The notes: generated from the sequence alone by a model not told the origin. A stretch of DNA of 64,000 bases from an uncultured archaeon (GCA_963799775.1 CAWCYD010000002.1:192001-256000), one strand, 5' to 3'; shown: positions 19,267-29,299, counted from the stretch's first letter. Numbers and translations are program-made.

Positions 19267-20439
19267 TTGAACCGGAAGGGCGTCTGCTACGACGTCGGGC
19301 GTGTCCTTATGGATGGCAACTGGCGCCCCAAGTTCGACCCCAGGACCGTCCACCGGGAGCTGGGCATCATAAAGCACGACCTCCACTGCAACGCCGTCAG
19401 AATCCAGGGGCTCGACATCGATAGGCTCATGACCGCGAGTGAGGACGCCCTGTCACAAGGGCTGGAGGTCTGGCTATCTCCCGAGATGTGGGACAAAAGC
19501 CAGGATGAGACCTGCGAATACATCGCGAGGGCGGCGGAGCGGGCGGAGGGGCTCCGTCAACGGTGGCCCGGAAAGCTGGTCTTCAGTGTGGGCTCCGAGC
19601 TGAGCCTCTTCTCTCAGGGGATGATCGAGGGCAAAAACGTCTTTGACCGGATATCCCGTTCCTCGTTCTTTAGCGATATATCGGCCGGGACGTACAACGG
19701 CCCGCTCAATCTGTACCTGTCGAATCTGAGCGAGGCCGCGAAGAAGTCGTTCCGTGGGCCGCTCACCTACTTCTCCTTGCCGTTCGAAGCTGTCGACTGG
19801 AAACCGTTCGATTTCGTCGGGGTAGACCATTACAGGGACGCGCAGAACAAAGTCGCCTATGGTCGGATGATAAGCAAGTACAACGCATTCGGCAAGCCTG
19901 TGATTGTAGGGGAGTTCGGGTGCTGCACTTTCCGGGGCGCGGAGCTGCTCGGAGGAAACGGCTTCATGATAACCTTCGGGATGATTGAAGGCCTCCTCGG
20001 GCCAAACCAGAAGCTTCCCAAGATGTTCTTGGACATGGCGCATGTCCCGCCCCGAGCCGACGGGCACTACATCCGTGACGAGGAGCTCCAGGCACGCGAG
20101 CTGGTCGATCAGCTGGGGGTGCTCGACGCAGCGGGGGTTGAGGGCGCGTTCGTGCAAACCTTCGTGGTTCCTAACTCCCCGTACCGCTCGGACCCCAGGT
20201 ACGACACCGACATGGCGAACTTTAGCCTGGTGAAGAGCTTCCAGGAGGCAGAAACGGCGGAAGAGTTCAGGAGACAGACCATCCGTGGGGCCAGGGAAGT
20301 GATTGGGGTGGACCTCGACCCCCGCGTTCTGGATGGTTTTTCAGGTCGAATGGGCGAGCATGGAGTGACATATCCGGATCTGCCGTGGGAGCCGAAGGAG
20401 TCGTTCAGGGCGGTCGCAAGATACTACGCTGAGCACTAG
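19267..20439 (+). CDS. TIM-barrel glycoside-hydrolase-like protein
   Basis: KGVCYDVG, LHCNAVRI, SVGSEL, VGVDHY and IVGEFG motifs. Confidence 0.6.
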   Translation: MNRKGVCYDVGRVLMDGNWRPKFDPRTVHRELGIIKHDLHCNAVRIQGLDIDRLMTASEDALSQGLEVWLSPEMWDKSQDETCEYIARAAERAEGLRQRWPGKLVFSVGSELSLFSQGMIEGKNVFDRISRSSFFSDISAGTYNGPLNLYLSNLSEAAKKSFRGPLTYFSLPFEAVDWKPFDFVGVDHYRDAQNKVAYGRMISKYNAFGKPVIVGEFGCCTFRGAELLGGNGFMITFGMIEGLLGPNQKLPKMFLDMAHVPPRADGHYIRDEELQARELVDQLGVLDAAGVEGAFVQTFVVPNSPYRSDPRYDTDMANFSLVKSFQEAETAEEFRRQTIRGAREVIGVDLDPRVLDGFSGRMGEHGVTYPDLPWEPKESFRAVARYYAEH

Positions 20440-20486
20440 AATCAGCCTCCGAACCTTACTGGGCTTGCCGTCTTACGCCTCGGGAC

Positions 20487-21318
20487 TCAGGAACCGCTTG
20501 CTTTCAAGAAGGCGAGCAGCTCTGTGTTGACGGTATCCTTGAGGGTCGAGCACATGCCGTGAGGCGCGCCGGGGATCACCTTCAACGTGGCGCCCTTCAC
20601 TATCTTGGATGAGAGCATTGCCGAATCAGCTATGGGCACTATCTGGTCGTCGTCGCCATGAAGAACTAGCGTAGGCACGTCAAATTTTTTGAGATCCTCC
20701 GTGAAGTCCGTCTCGGAGAACTGTTTGATGCAGTCGTAGACCGCCTTATGTCCGGCCCACATCCCTTGAAGCCAGAAGGAATCGCGCAAGCCCTGGGAGA
20801 CCTTGGCGCCGGGCCTGTTGAAGCCGTAGAAGGGCATGCTGAGGTCCATTCCAGAACTGCGAGCGGTCTGCCAAGACGCCCGCGCGAATCTGATTGAATG
20901 CCTCGATGGGCAAGCCGCCAGGGTTGGAAGGGGTCTTCACCATGATCGGTGGCACCGCACCGATGAGGACCGCCTTGGCGACGCGCTTCGTCCCGTGTCG
21001 ACCTATGTAGCGGGCAACCTCACCGCCTCCAGTCGAGTGACCGACATGAACGGCGTCCTTCAGCTCGAGATGCTTGACGAGCTCCGCAAGGTCGTCAGCG
21101 TAGGTGTCCATGTCGTTGCCGTTCCAGGGTTGATCCGAGCGTCCGTGGCCCCGGCGGTCGTGCGCTATGCAACGATATCCTTGCGAGGCCAGGAACAGCA
21201 TCTGGTCTTCCCACGCATCGGCGCTGAGAGGCCAGCCGTGGCTGAAGACGACAGGCTGTCCCTTTCCCCAATCCTTGTAGTAAATCTGAGTCCCATCTTT
21301 CGTCTTAATCGTGGGCAA
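20487..21318 (-). CDS. cpo: non-heme chloroperoxidase-type alpha/beta hydrolase (frameshift near 20850)
   Basis: [37 protein letters not shown]. Confidence 0.85.
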
Positions 21319-21361
21319 GGCATCTCTAACTGGTGGGGTCTGCGTATTAACCGTGATGGGA

Positions 21362-21408
21362 GCAGGCCCATCGGGGCCCTTCCCTGAACGGGTTCTAAAA
21401 GTGGACTC
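21362..21408 (-). repeat. att-like tRNA(Lys-type) 3'-end copy (degenerate) + conserved arm
   Basis: gcaggcccatcggg-gcccttc-CCTGAAcggGTTCTaAAAGTGGAcTC; aligns with the sites at 22085 and 43580. Confidence 0.7.
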
Positions 21409-21484
21409 CCAGAAAGCCTGAGTAGATAATAGGAACTTTTAGAAAATAGGAATTCCTTTATAGTAGGAGTGTGTTATTGCTCCT

Positions 21485-21709
21485 ATGGCTCAAGAGGTTG
21501 TTGTCACAAGAAGAGGCCAGACGACCATACCGATGCCCATAAGGAAGAAGCTCGGAATACAGGAGGGCACAAGGCTGATGGCCGACACAGACGGGGATAA
21601 GGTGATATTCACAAAGATCCCATCCATCTTCGACCTATCTGGGAAGAGCAAGCTGACGACCGAGGAGGCCTTCAGACTCCTTGACGAGATGCGCGCATCG
21701 GAGGGTTAA
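21485..21709 (+). CDS. AbrB-family antitoxin
   Basis: VVTRRGQTTIPMPIRKKLGIQEG. Confidence 0.85.
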   Translation: MAQEVVVTRRGQTTIPMPIRKKLGIQEGTRLMADTDGDKVIFTKIPSIFDLSGKSKLTTEEAFRLLDEMRASEG

Positions 21710-21712
21710 CGG

Positions 21713-22084
21713 ACGCTCTTCGAGACTAGGTATTTTTGGGCTGTCCTTACGTCGAAGGATGCAGAGACCACGAAGAAACTCAAGGCAATCTTCGAAAAGG
21801 CCAAAACTCCCTTCGCGTCATCGGTCAGCATCTACGAGATATACAAACAGACGCTCGAACATGATGACAAGGCAGTGGCAGATCTCCGCACTCGTACAAT
21901 CACAAATGAATACACCATCGTCGACGTAAGTGCCGAGATAGCGGAAGAAGGAGCAAGGATAAGCCACAGACTGAGAATTCCCATGGCAGATTCGCTCATC
22001 ATGGCCACTTCCAAGAGTCTGCGCGTTTCCTGTGTTACAGATGATCCGCATTTTACTGAAGTAAAGCGCGTGTGGATAAGTTGA
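21713..22084 (+). CDS. VapC-like PIN toxin (no clear start codon)
   Basis: TLFETRYF...SIYEIY...PMADSLIMAT...VTDDPHF; stop TGA abuts the att at 22085. Confidence 0.7.
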   Translation, partial: TLFETRYFWAVLTSKDAETTKKLKAIFEKAKTPFASSVSIYEIYKQTLEHDDKAVADLRTRTITNEYTIVDVSAEIAEEGARISHRLRIPMADSLIMATSKSLRVSCVTDDPHFTEVKRVWIS

Positions 22085-22130
22085 GCGGGCCCGACGAGTC
22101 CGCCCCTGAACCGGTTCTCAAAGTGGATTC
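22085..22130 (-). repeat. att-like tRNA(Lys-type) 3'-end copy + conserved arm
   Basis: GCGGGCCCGACGag-tccgcc-CCTGAAccGGTTCTcAAAGTGGATTC. Confidence 0.8.
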
Positions 22131-22195
22131 AGAGTGAGACTGCGCCGTCCCTAGGGGCCGGCCTCTGGCCTTCGCATTCCTCACCAGATTGCCAG

Positions 22196-22585
22196 TTATG
22201 GATTGAGTAGGGCGACTGCACCTTCTATCTCTCCTACCTTTCGGATATCAAAGTCTGGGCGTGCCCCGACAAACGCGCATCTTCCGCCGGAAGCATTGAT
22301 ACTCAATAATGTGATCTTGTCGCGAAGGATTATTGCGGTGCGTGACGGTCCCAACAACTTGTCCGCCGTGTCGTCAATCCCCCGGACGACGGCCCAGCGC
22401 CTGGCCAGCAGTTCGACATCGCTCTTGTTCCGGAGCAGGCTCTCGCTTCCCGGCCGCGACCTTGTCGCTCGGATGTCTCCCTGGGAGCTGATAATCACGC
22501 AGAACATTATCGCGTCGTCCATCGAGCATATTCGCTCAGCAAGCTCAGACTCACCGACTTTCCCTGGTTCTGGTCTTGGATTCAT
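22196..22585 (-). CDS. roadblock/longin-like small protein
   Basis: ICSMDDAIMFCVIISSQGDI...RPG; resembles 49172..49562. Confidence 0.55.
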   Translation of the reverse strand: MNPRPEPGKVGESELAERICSMDDAIMFCVIISSQGDIRATRSRPGSESLLRNKSDVELLARRWAVVRGIDDTADKLLGPSRTAIILRDKITLLSINASGGRCAFVGARPDFDIRKVGEIEGAVALLNP

Positions 22586-22795
22586 TTTCCGAGCACTCTC
22601 TGCTTGCTAACCTTGACAGAGGCTCCAGAGTTCGTCAATTGGTTGGACTCCAGATTGCAACCTGCTCGTTGGCTAAAGCTGCGTTCTTGTCGGTCAACTC
22701 ATCAGGCGGAAATAGCAGGTCGTGATATTTACGTAGTCCGATTCAGTGCGACATGCTCGTCATGGTCCAACAGAGTTCAGATTGAGCTATTATTA

Positions 22796-22808
22796 GCGGG
22801 CCCGACGG
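22796..22808 (-). repeat. att-like tRNA(Lys-type) 3'-end copy upstream of the integrase
   Basis: GCGGGCCCGACGG, 60 bp before the integrase GTG. Confidence 0.75.
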
Positions 22809-22867
22809 TACGCCTGCCCGCACGAGTCGAAGCCCCGCCGTTATTAGGAGAAATCCCCCGGAATGGC

Positions 22868-24200
22868 GTGACCTCCAAGCCGCAGCTGTTCCCGAACAGC
22901 AAGTACAGACACCTGCTGGAAGACGAAGCCTTCGCCTCGTGGATAGAGAACATCGCAAGAGGAAGCAAGGTGAACGCCGAGGTCACACTGCGCAGAATCG
23001 GGAGGATCTGCATGCTCCTTCAGACGACGCAGAAGGACCTGGCCGTCATGTCCAAGGGAGAGGCTGGGGCCTTCCTGTTCAGGGTGGTCTCCCGCATGGA
23101 GAGCGACGGGAACAGGAGCTCGACCATCGCCGGGTGCGTCAAGCAGCTGAAGGGGTGGTGGCGCTTCAACGACCTCGAGGTGACGAGGCAGGTGAGGCTC
23201 GCCAGGGACGTGGGGGTGTACGACAACGAGCGCGTCCCCTCCCACCAGGAGCTTCACTCGATCTTCGAGCACGCTGACCTCCAGAAGAGGGTCGCCTGCG
23301 CCCTGATGGCGTTCTCCGGCGTCAGGCCGGGGGTGCTGGGGAACAGGGACGCGAACGACGGCCTGATGGTGTCAGACCTGCCTGAGATGGTGATAAGGAA
23401 AGGCGACGCGGGACAGGACAGCGTCGAGTTCCTGAAGGTGCCTGCCATGGTGATCGTCCGGAGGACGATCTCCAAGACGGGAAGGCAGTACATCTCCTTC
23501 CTGCCCGAGCAGGGGTGCGGCTACGTGCGGCAGTACCTGGAGTGGAGGATGCACGTCCTGAAGGAGAAGATCGAGGGTGCCTCCCCGTTGCTCACCGCCA
23601 ACCAGTTCAACCCCCGCTACATCGGCAGGTTCGTCAGGGTGTGCAACGTGAGCGACGCGGTAAGGCACGCGATCAGGGCCGCGGGGTTCGGCTGGAGGCC
23701 TTACGTCCTGCGGAGGTACTTCGACACGAGGATGATGGGCGCGGAGCAGGAGGGGAAGGTCATCAAGGACTACCGCGTGTTCTGGATGGGGCACACCGGG
23801 GACATCGAGCACGTCTACACGCTCAACAAGGGAAACCTCCCCGACGGACCTGCTCGAGGGGATGAGGCAGGCCTACGCGAAGGCCTCCGAGAAGCACCTG
23901 GCGACCCTGGTCCAGGCGAGCATAAGCAGGGACGAGGTCGTGAACACTGCGCGGGCCGAGGCGCTCAAGATGTTCGGCTACACGGACGAGGAGCTCCTGG
24001 GGGTCGGCGACATCACCCGGATCACGATGGAGCAGCTCCAGCAGCTCATCCACGATAGGTCGAAGCAGATGCTCGGGCTGAAGGAGGGGACGCAGAAGGT
24101 CGTGCCCGTCGCGGACCTCGAGCGCTGGATAGAGCAGGGGTGGGACTACAAGCGGGACCTGCCCGACGGGAGGGCCGTGATAGGGCTGAGGACTGCCTAG
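22868..24200 (+). CDS. tyrosine recombinase/integrase (frameshift near 23845)
   Basis: Catalytic set SGVR, ISK, PYVLRR (HxxR variant), WMGH, HVY; C-terminal extension in ORF 23862..24200. Confidence 0.9.
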
Positions 24201-24205
24201 GTGAC

Positions 24206-24425
24206 TCACGCGCGCCTGAGCAGCGGTCCTCTCGACGCTCCCTTCCTCTCGAGTTCTCTTTCCAGCCGCTGCAGATAGTGCGGGATCATGAGCCTCGGCC
24301 TTCCTGAAGGGCAGCGAGTCGGGTTCAGCGAGCAGGTCGGACAACACTGGGCTGTCAGGGGACAGCTTCTCCCTCAAGCGCTCCTTGAAGGCGCGCATGT
24401 CCACCGCATTATTCTCGAGCGTCAT
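24206..24425 (-). CDS. small hypothetical protein, copy 1 (frameshift near 24290)
   Basis: MTLENNAVDMRAFKERLREKLSPDSPVLSDLLAEPDSLP...IPHYLQRLERELER, near-identical to 28193..28414. Confidence 0.65.
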
Positions 24426-24759
24426 CTTCAGATTCATGAAAATGTGCGGCAGACGCTTTTAACGGGAGATTGGGGCCGATGCGCAGCCCTCTACTTTAGG
24501 CTCGTCAGTGCATGCGATTTTCAGCTTGATTGATACGACCGTTCGGCTCTTCTTGCATCAAAGGCCACGCTGAGGTTTCGATTTTCAACGCGCTTAAAAA
24601 TGACAATCATGACGATAATGACATGGGTTGCAAGACCCACTTCGCGCGAATAGCTGCTCAGTTCCAGCTCGACGTCGAAGAGGAGCTTCCACAATCTTGC
24701 CAGCCAAGACCGAACAGTAGCCTACGCAGACAGTTTGTCTTGGCAGCGTGGAATCCAAT

Positions 24760-25626
24760 TTATTGTGTCCTGGCTTTCCTGCCCTTAGTATTGATGCCTC
24801 GTGTGGGTTGTGGCGTAATCTTTCCGCCGCTCGTCATCCGTATCTTCTGCTTCCGCAATAGAGCCTTTAGGCCGAACCGTACATCGCTGGGTCTTAGTTC
24901 ACCTTTGGAAGCTGTGATCAGTGCACTCTCACTATGGTGCCCTTCTCCTATGAGCCTGGTCAGTACACGCATCATGAGCTTCTCTTCTGCCACCCTTCTC
25001 AGCTTTCTCATGAACGGCACCTTCAGTCCATAGCGTTCATCCAGCTCCTTGCACCTGTCGTAGAGTCCGCTCTCCCACACGCTGTCCGTCAACTCGGATT
25101 GGACGATGCATTCTTCGAAGATTGCGTCGTAGTCAAGTCCAGACCGGGCAAGCAGGTACATGTCTTCCAGGTCACGGTCCCTGTCCGTCACTGATTTCAT
25201 GAGGAAGATGTCTTCCTTCGACAGTAGAAACAATGTTAGCTTGTTCTTCCTATAGGACGGCGTTGCGCGCGGTTTCATGGTTTCTGTAAGAGCGAGCTTG
25301 CCCGCCACCACCTTCTCGAAGACGTCCCACCTGAACCCGTCGCTGTTCTCAAGAACGGCGGAAGCAGAGAGATTGAGATACGCCGATGGCAACATGTTTA
25401 CAGCAAGTTCGCGGTACTGAACATCCAGGAGGGCTTTCATGAGAATCCTGAACCGTGATTTATCTTCAAGAATCACATCAATATCTTTCGTCCCAGGCTT
25501 CAAACCATAATGAGCCATGACAAAACCTCCAGCTACGTAGACGTTCAGAGGGCTTGCGAGCGCTGAATCCAAGCGGTCAAGCTCTTTTCCAATATAGTGT
25601 AGGTTGAACTCCTTTCTCTGCGTCAT
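24760..25626 (-). CDS. nucleotidyltransferase-fold protein (DUF6036/AbiEii-like)
   Basis: VYVAGGFVMAHYGLKPGTKDIDV; LMKS..RDRDLED. Confidence 0.75.
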   Translation of the reverse strand: MTQRKEFNLHYIGKELDRLDSALASPLNVYVAGGFVMAHYGLKPGTKDIDVILEDKSRFRILMKALLDVQYRELAVNMLPSAYLNLSASAVLENSDGFRWDVFEKVVAGKLALTETMKPRATPSYRKNKLTLFLLSKEDIFLMKSVTDRDRDLEDMYLLARSGLDYDAIFEECIVQSELTDSVWESGLYDRCKELDERYGLKVPFMRKLRRVAEEKLMMRVLTRLIGEGHHSESALITASKGELRPSDVRFGLKALLRKQKIRMTSGGKITPQPTRGINTKGRKARTQ

Positions 25627-26561
25627 AGACTAACACCATACAACTTGGCTTGCTCCTTAAGCTCACCCCAGCGCGGCAGGGGCCTGGCCTGAACCTCGCC
25701 TCTTGAATCGACATATCGCTTGATTGATTCGACGTACTGTTTCATTCCATACTTTTCGGCCTTTTGGATGAGCGACTCGAAGTCTATCTTATTGGAGTTC
25801 TTGAATAAGGCGAGCAGTGCGTACGTCGCGTAGGACTGACTCGTCGGGTCAATAAGGAGAGTGTGGATCACGATATCGTCGAGTGCGAGGTGATTGACTC
25901 CCGGGGCATAGAAGTAGTATTCATCGTTGGTAACGAGCTGGATTCCGTACGAGGATAAGGCCGACAAGGCTGTCTTGATGAAATTCCCTTTCAGGTCAGT
26001 TCCCGTCCTGATTCGAAAGAGGTATCTGTATCCGGCGCTCCATATGATCACAGCACCTGAAGGCAAAACCTGCGAAGCGAATACCCTGCTGACGTAATCC
26101 TCGTACGCGTCGAGAAATCGCCTCACCCTCGCGTTCGAAGCAACTTGAGAGGGGTCGGAGGTCAGTCCGTGCATCGCCAGATTTCGCATCGCCCTCCATT
26201 TTGTCGATCTTGAGACATCATTAGGATTCAGGCTTTCGAATTTGCTCAGGAGTAACCTCATCGTCGAGTACGATAGGAGTTCTTCCCAAGGAACCCTTGG
26301 TTCGTTCTTGATCAAGTCTGAAAGTAACTGCGCGTGGCTGTTCTGGGCCACGGAGGCTACCGTGTGAATACCGGTCTTCTGGGTTTGCGCAAGTCCTTTT
26401 CTCTGTAGCGCTTTGACGACGTGGCTGGCCGAGGCTTGCGATTTTCCCAAAGTCACTGCGAGTTCGGAGATAGATAGCGACCGCTTGGAAAGCTCTCTAA
26501 ATGCGGACACCTCTGACTTGGTGAACGTGAACTGGTCAAACGGCTGTCTCACATGTTTCAT
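25623..26561 (-). CDS. winged-HTH protein, putative partner/antitoxin of the nucleotidyltransferase
   Basis: LSISELAVTLGKSQASASHVVKALQRKGL; 4-bp overlap with the downstream gene. Confidence 0.7.
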   Translation of the reverse strand: MKHVRQPFDQFTFTKSEVSAFRELSKRSLSISELAVTLGKSQASASHVVKALQRKGLAQTQKTGIHTVASVAQNSHAQLLSDLIKNEPRVPWEELLSYSTMRLLLSKFESLNPNDVSRSTKWRAMRNLAMHGLTSDPSQVASNARVRRFLDAYEDYVSRVFASQVLPSGAVIIWSAGYRYLFRIRTGTDLKGNFIKTALSALSSYGIQLVTNDEYYFYAPGVNHLALDDIVIHTLLIDPTSQSYATYALLALFKNSNKIDFESLIQKAEKYGMKQYVESIKRYVDSRGEVQARPLPRWGELKEQAKLYGVSL

Positions 26562-26584
26562 AAAACTAAAATACTATTTAAGTA

Positions 26585-26731
26585 TTATATTTTTATGCAA
26601 CATAGAAGCTCCAGATTCCACCTGAACAGTTCGGCGACCTGGGGTTGCGTAAAGCCGGCTGTCCTGGACAGCTCGAGCAGTTCTTCCCTCGAAAGCAGGC
26701 CGTATGTGAGAAGACCCTCCAACTCGGCCAT
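26585..26731 (-). pseudogene. 48-aa ORF, probable truncated N-terminus of an AbiEii-like toxin
   Basis: MAELEGLLTYGLLSREELLELSRTAGFTQPQVAELFRWNLELL, 4 bp after the AbiEi-like gene, ending in AT-rich sequence. Confidence 0.4.
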
Positions 26732-26735
26732 ACGC

Positions 26736-27525
26736 TCATCTCGCCGCATCGGCTAGGACGGCTTTGACGTGCTGATTGAAAACAGTCTTGCCTCTTCCAG
26801 GGGGAACGTCGGCTTCGGTCTTGAGAATCGCACGAATCTCCTCTGCGATGCCCCGCCTCGAAGCGAGTTTGGTCAGCCGCGAGACGTCCAGACCTCCGAA
26901 CTTCATGGCATCCCGCATGATTCTCCCGACCTCGACCTCCGGGAATGGAATTCGCCTGCGTGTGCTTTCGAAGTAAAGGTCGATCAGACCCCTCTCTACC
27001 GAAGCCACTCCTCCTTTGGTGTTACCAGACAGCTCTCTCCGTTCCCGGATGACAAACAGGTCCCTCCTTGGTCAAGCCGAGCGCAAGGTTCACCTCCCTT
27101 CCGCTTTTCGGGTTGAGCAGGGTCGTGAATCCACCTTTCTCCAGCGCCTCGGCCGCACTCTCGCCTGCGCCCAGCCCTACATAGACCAGGTGCACGGCTC
27201 TCCTGGGGAAGAGGTGAATGAATGGACCCAACACGGAATACCCAGTCACCATGAAGTCGATGCCGGCGTCCGATAGCAGCTTCCTCCCTCTCTCAAGGTC
27301 CGGGGAGATGTTTCTTTTGGTTGCGATACCTTCGCTCTTGGGTTCTGCTCTGAACACGCCGTATCTCACTTTGGTCATCTTACCCTCCCGCGCCAGGTCG
27401 TTGAGAAGTCGGTAGATCGTACCACGGCTGTAGCTTGTCAGCACTTTGGCGGCTTCGCTAGCCGTGAAGCTCCTGTGTGCGAGGTTGTTCCGGAGTTCGA
27501 CTAGCGCCTTTTCCTCCCAGTTCAT
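26736..27525 (-). CDS. AbiEi-like type IV antitoxin (frameshift near 27060)
   Basis: N-terminal wHTH (FTASEAAKVL...LAREGKMTKVRYGVF); C-terminal ASVERGLIDLY. Confidence 0.65.
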
Positions 27526-27531
27526 TACTCG

Positions 27532-27575
27532 CAGTAAGACTGGTCAAGTTTTAAAGCTTTTGCCTAGTCTTACTG
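27532..27575. promoter_or_regulatory. inverted-repeat operator flanking a TATA-like box upstream of the AbiEi-like gene
   Basis: CAGTAAGACT (27532) ... AGTCTTACTG (27566) around TTTTAAAG. Confidence 0.6.
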
Positions 27576-27680
27576 TTGGTCGGATGTTGCGGTTCCATTT
27601 GTCAGGCACGTTGCGATTTTGCTCGGCAGGTCTTGCGCCACCGACCAGCCACCCATCAGGCGGTATGTGCCGCGCGGCCT

Positions 27681-28118
27681 CTAGTTCCATTTCAGTTGCT
27701 GGGGGAGCCTCAGCATGGCGTCTTTTGATATCTTTACGGCTCTCTCCGCGTTCTCGACCGCCGCGCGCTTGGCGTCACCGTCGGCGGCGATCCAGCGCAT
27801 CGTCTCGGCCTTGTCGTGGAACAGCCTGTCGAGGTCCTTCCGGAACCCGTCAAGCGCCTGGTACTCGCTCTCGCTGATTAGCCCCTGGCGCCTGAGATAC
27901 CGCATCTTGTATTTCATCGACTTGCGGTTCAGACCGTAGTGCTCCTCGTCGTCCTTGTTCATGGCCACGAGCTGCAGGAACATCATGTCGATGTGAAAGT
28001 CTGACAGTATCATCCATGATGCAAGCTTGCTCAGGTGGAGGTCCACTATGGCGCGCGGAACGCCGGGTCTTTCCCCGCCTCCTTCGAAGTCGGGGTCGGT
28101 AGAGCCCCTCCCTTCCAT
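27681..28118 (-). CDS. hypothetical helical protein (weakly HEPN-like)
   Basis: Open frame; LISESEYQALDGFRKDLDRLFH. Confidence 0.45.
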   Translation of the reverse strand: MEGRGSTDPDFEGGGERPGVPRAIVDLHLSKLASWMILSDFHIDMMFLQLVAMNKDDEEHYGLNRKSMKYKMRYLRRQGLISESEYQALDGFRKDLDRLFHDKAETMRWIAADGDAKRAAVENAERAVKISKDAMLRLPQQLKWN

Positions 28119-28192
28119 GTCAGTATCCCATTCACTACTTTGTAAAAACGATTGCTGATTGTGTCGATTTCTCGGCAGCGAGCCGGTGCCGT

Positions 28193-28414
28193 TCACACAC
28201 GCATGAGGCGCGGTCCTCTTCCTCTCGCTTCGTGTCTTTCGAGCTCCCTTTCGAGTCTCTGGAGGTAGTGAGGGATCAGGACTTCGGCCTTCCCCACAGG
28301 CAACGAGTCGGGTTCAGCGAGCAGGTCGGACAACACTGGGCTGTCAGGGGACAGCTTCTCCCTCAAGCGCTCCTTGAAGGCGCGCATATCGACCGCGTTA
28401 TTTTCGAGCGTCAT
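28193..28414 (-). CDS. small hypothetical protein, copy 2
   Basis: Intact 73-aa duplicate of 24206..24425. Confidence 0.7.
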   Translation of the reverse strand: MTLENNAVDMRAFKERLREKLSPDSPVLSDLLAEPDSLPVGKAEVLIPHYLQRLERELERHEARGRGPRLMRV

Positions 28415-28566
28415 CTTCCAATTCGTCAGAGTGTGCGACGAGAAGCTCTTAACGCGAGCCTGAGGGGTTCAATCGACCGAGAGAAGCCTATCCTGAGGAA
28501 ATGTTCCCTCTTAGCTGCCGAGACAACCGGTCAACGTATATATGCGGACAGAACCAATTAGGCGAT

Positions 28567-28839
28567 ATGTTGAAGGACGAAGTGATGTCAGAGGTGGATT
28601 ACAAGCTTCTGGAAAATCCACGCATGGCGAAGCAGGCATTGCAGACAATCATCCAGACGAAGCAGGGGCTTGATGACTTTGTAGACACGCTTCAATTTCT
28701 GTCCGACCCGAAGGCTCGAAAGAATCTTGAGAAAGGCTTGAAAGAGGCTGGCCAAGGCCACGCGGTCAAGCTCACAGTCAAAGAACTCAGAAAGAGACCG
28801 GAACGAGCTATGAGTCCGAGTTCACGCCGACCTTCCTGA
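28567..28839 (+). CDS. putative antitoxin (RelB/YefM-like C-terminus)
   Basis: DTLQFLSDPKARKNLEKGLKEA..G; directly upstream of the relE pseudogene. Confidence 0.6.
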   Translation: MLKDEVMSEVDYKLLENPRMAKQALQTIIQTKQGLDDFVDTLQFLSDPKARKNLEKGLKEAGQGHAVKLTVKELRKRPERAMSPSSRRPS

Positions 28840-29069
28840 AGTTACTTAAGAGACTAGATAGCCAAATCAAGGAACGCGTCCTAAAGGAAATCGGGCAGGC
28901 ACTCAAGGATCCGAGAAACGGTTCCCAACTCGTGTTCGCCAGTTAGGTCTGCTTCAAGTGGAGAGTCGGAGATTACCGGATGATTTACACTATAGACGAG
29001 AAAAGGAATGTTCTCACCTTCATCGTCGTCGACCATCGCAGCAAGGTCTACAAGCGCTACAGGCTGTGA
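28803..29069 (+). pseudogene. relE: RelE toxin pseudogene
   Basis: (ACG)SYESEFTPTFLKLLKRLD...VFAS*VCFKWRVGDYRMIY...DHRSKVYK; start ACG, internal TAG at 28944. Confidence 0.75.
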
Positions 29070-29299
29070 TCATTTTCCGAACTGATTCTGAATAGCGCGC
29101 GGAGGAAGGGAGAATTCACCCTGGCCGAACCCGTCTAGGTCGTGATAGAGCTGTTCTGCCTGGGAGGGTCCGGCAGGGACGGCGCGATGAAGCTCTACGG
29201 GAAGATGAGGCAAAAAATTGAGCGGAACAGGGGTGTCTAACTCGAACGATCCACTCCATCGTGGGCAGGCGTGAATAAGGCCTCGAGCGTGGCTGCGAA

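Noticed and set aside
19256-19275. gcgggcccggcttgaaccgg as another Lys-type att
   Set aside because: Only a 9-bp GC-rich match with wrong spacing to the arm, and it overlaps a start codon. It could be chance.
19267-20439. Calling this ORF an abortive-infection defence gene
   Set aside because: The visible motifs fit a glycoside-hydrolase-like TIM barrel, and nothing in the sequence supports an Abi function.
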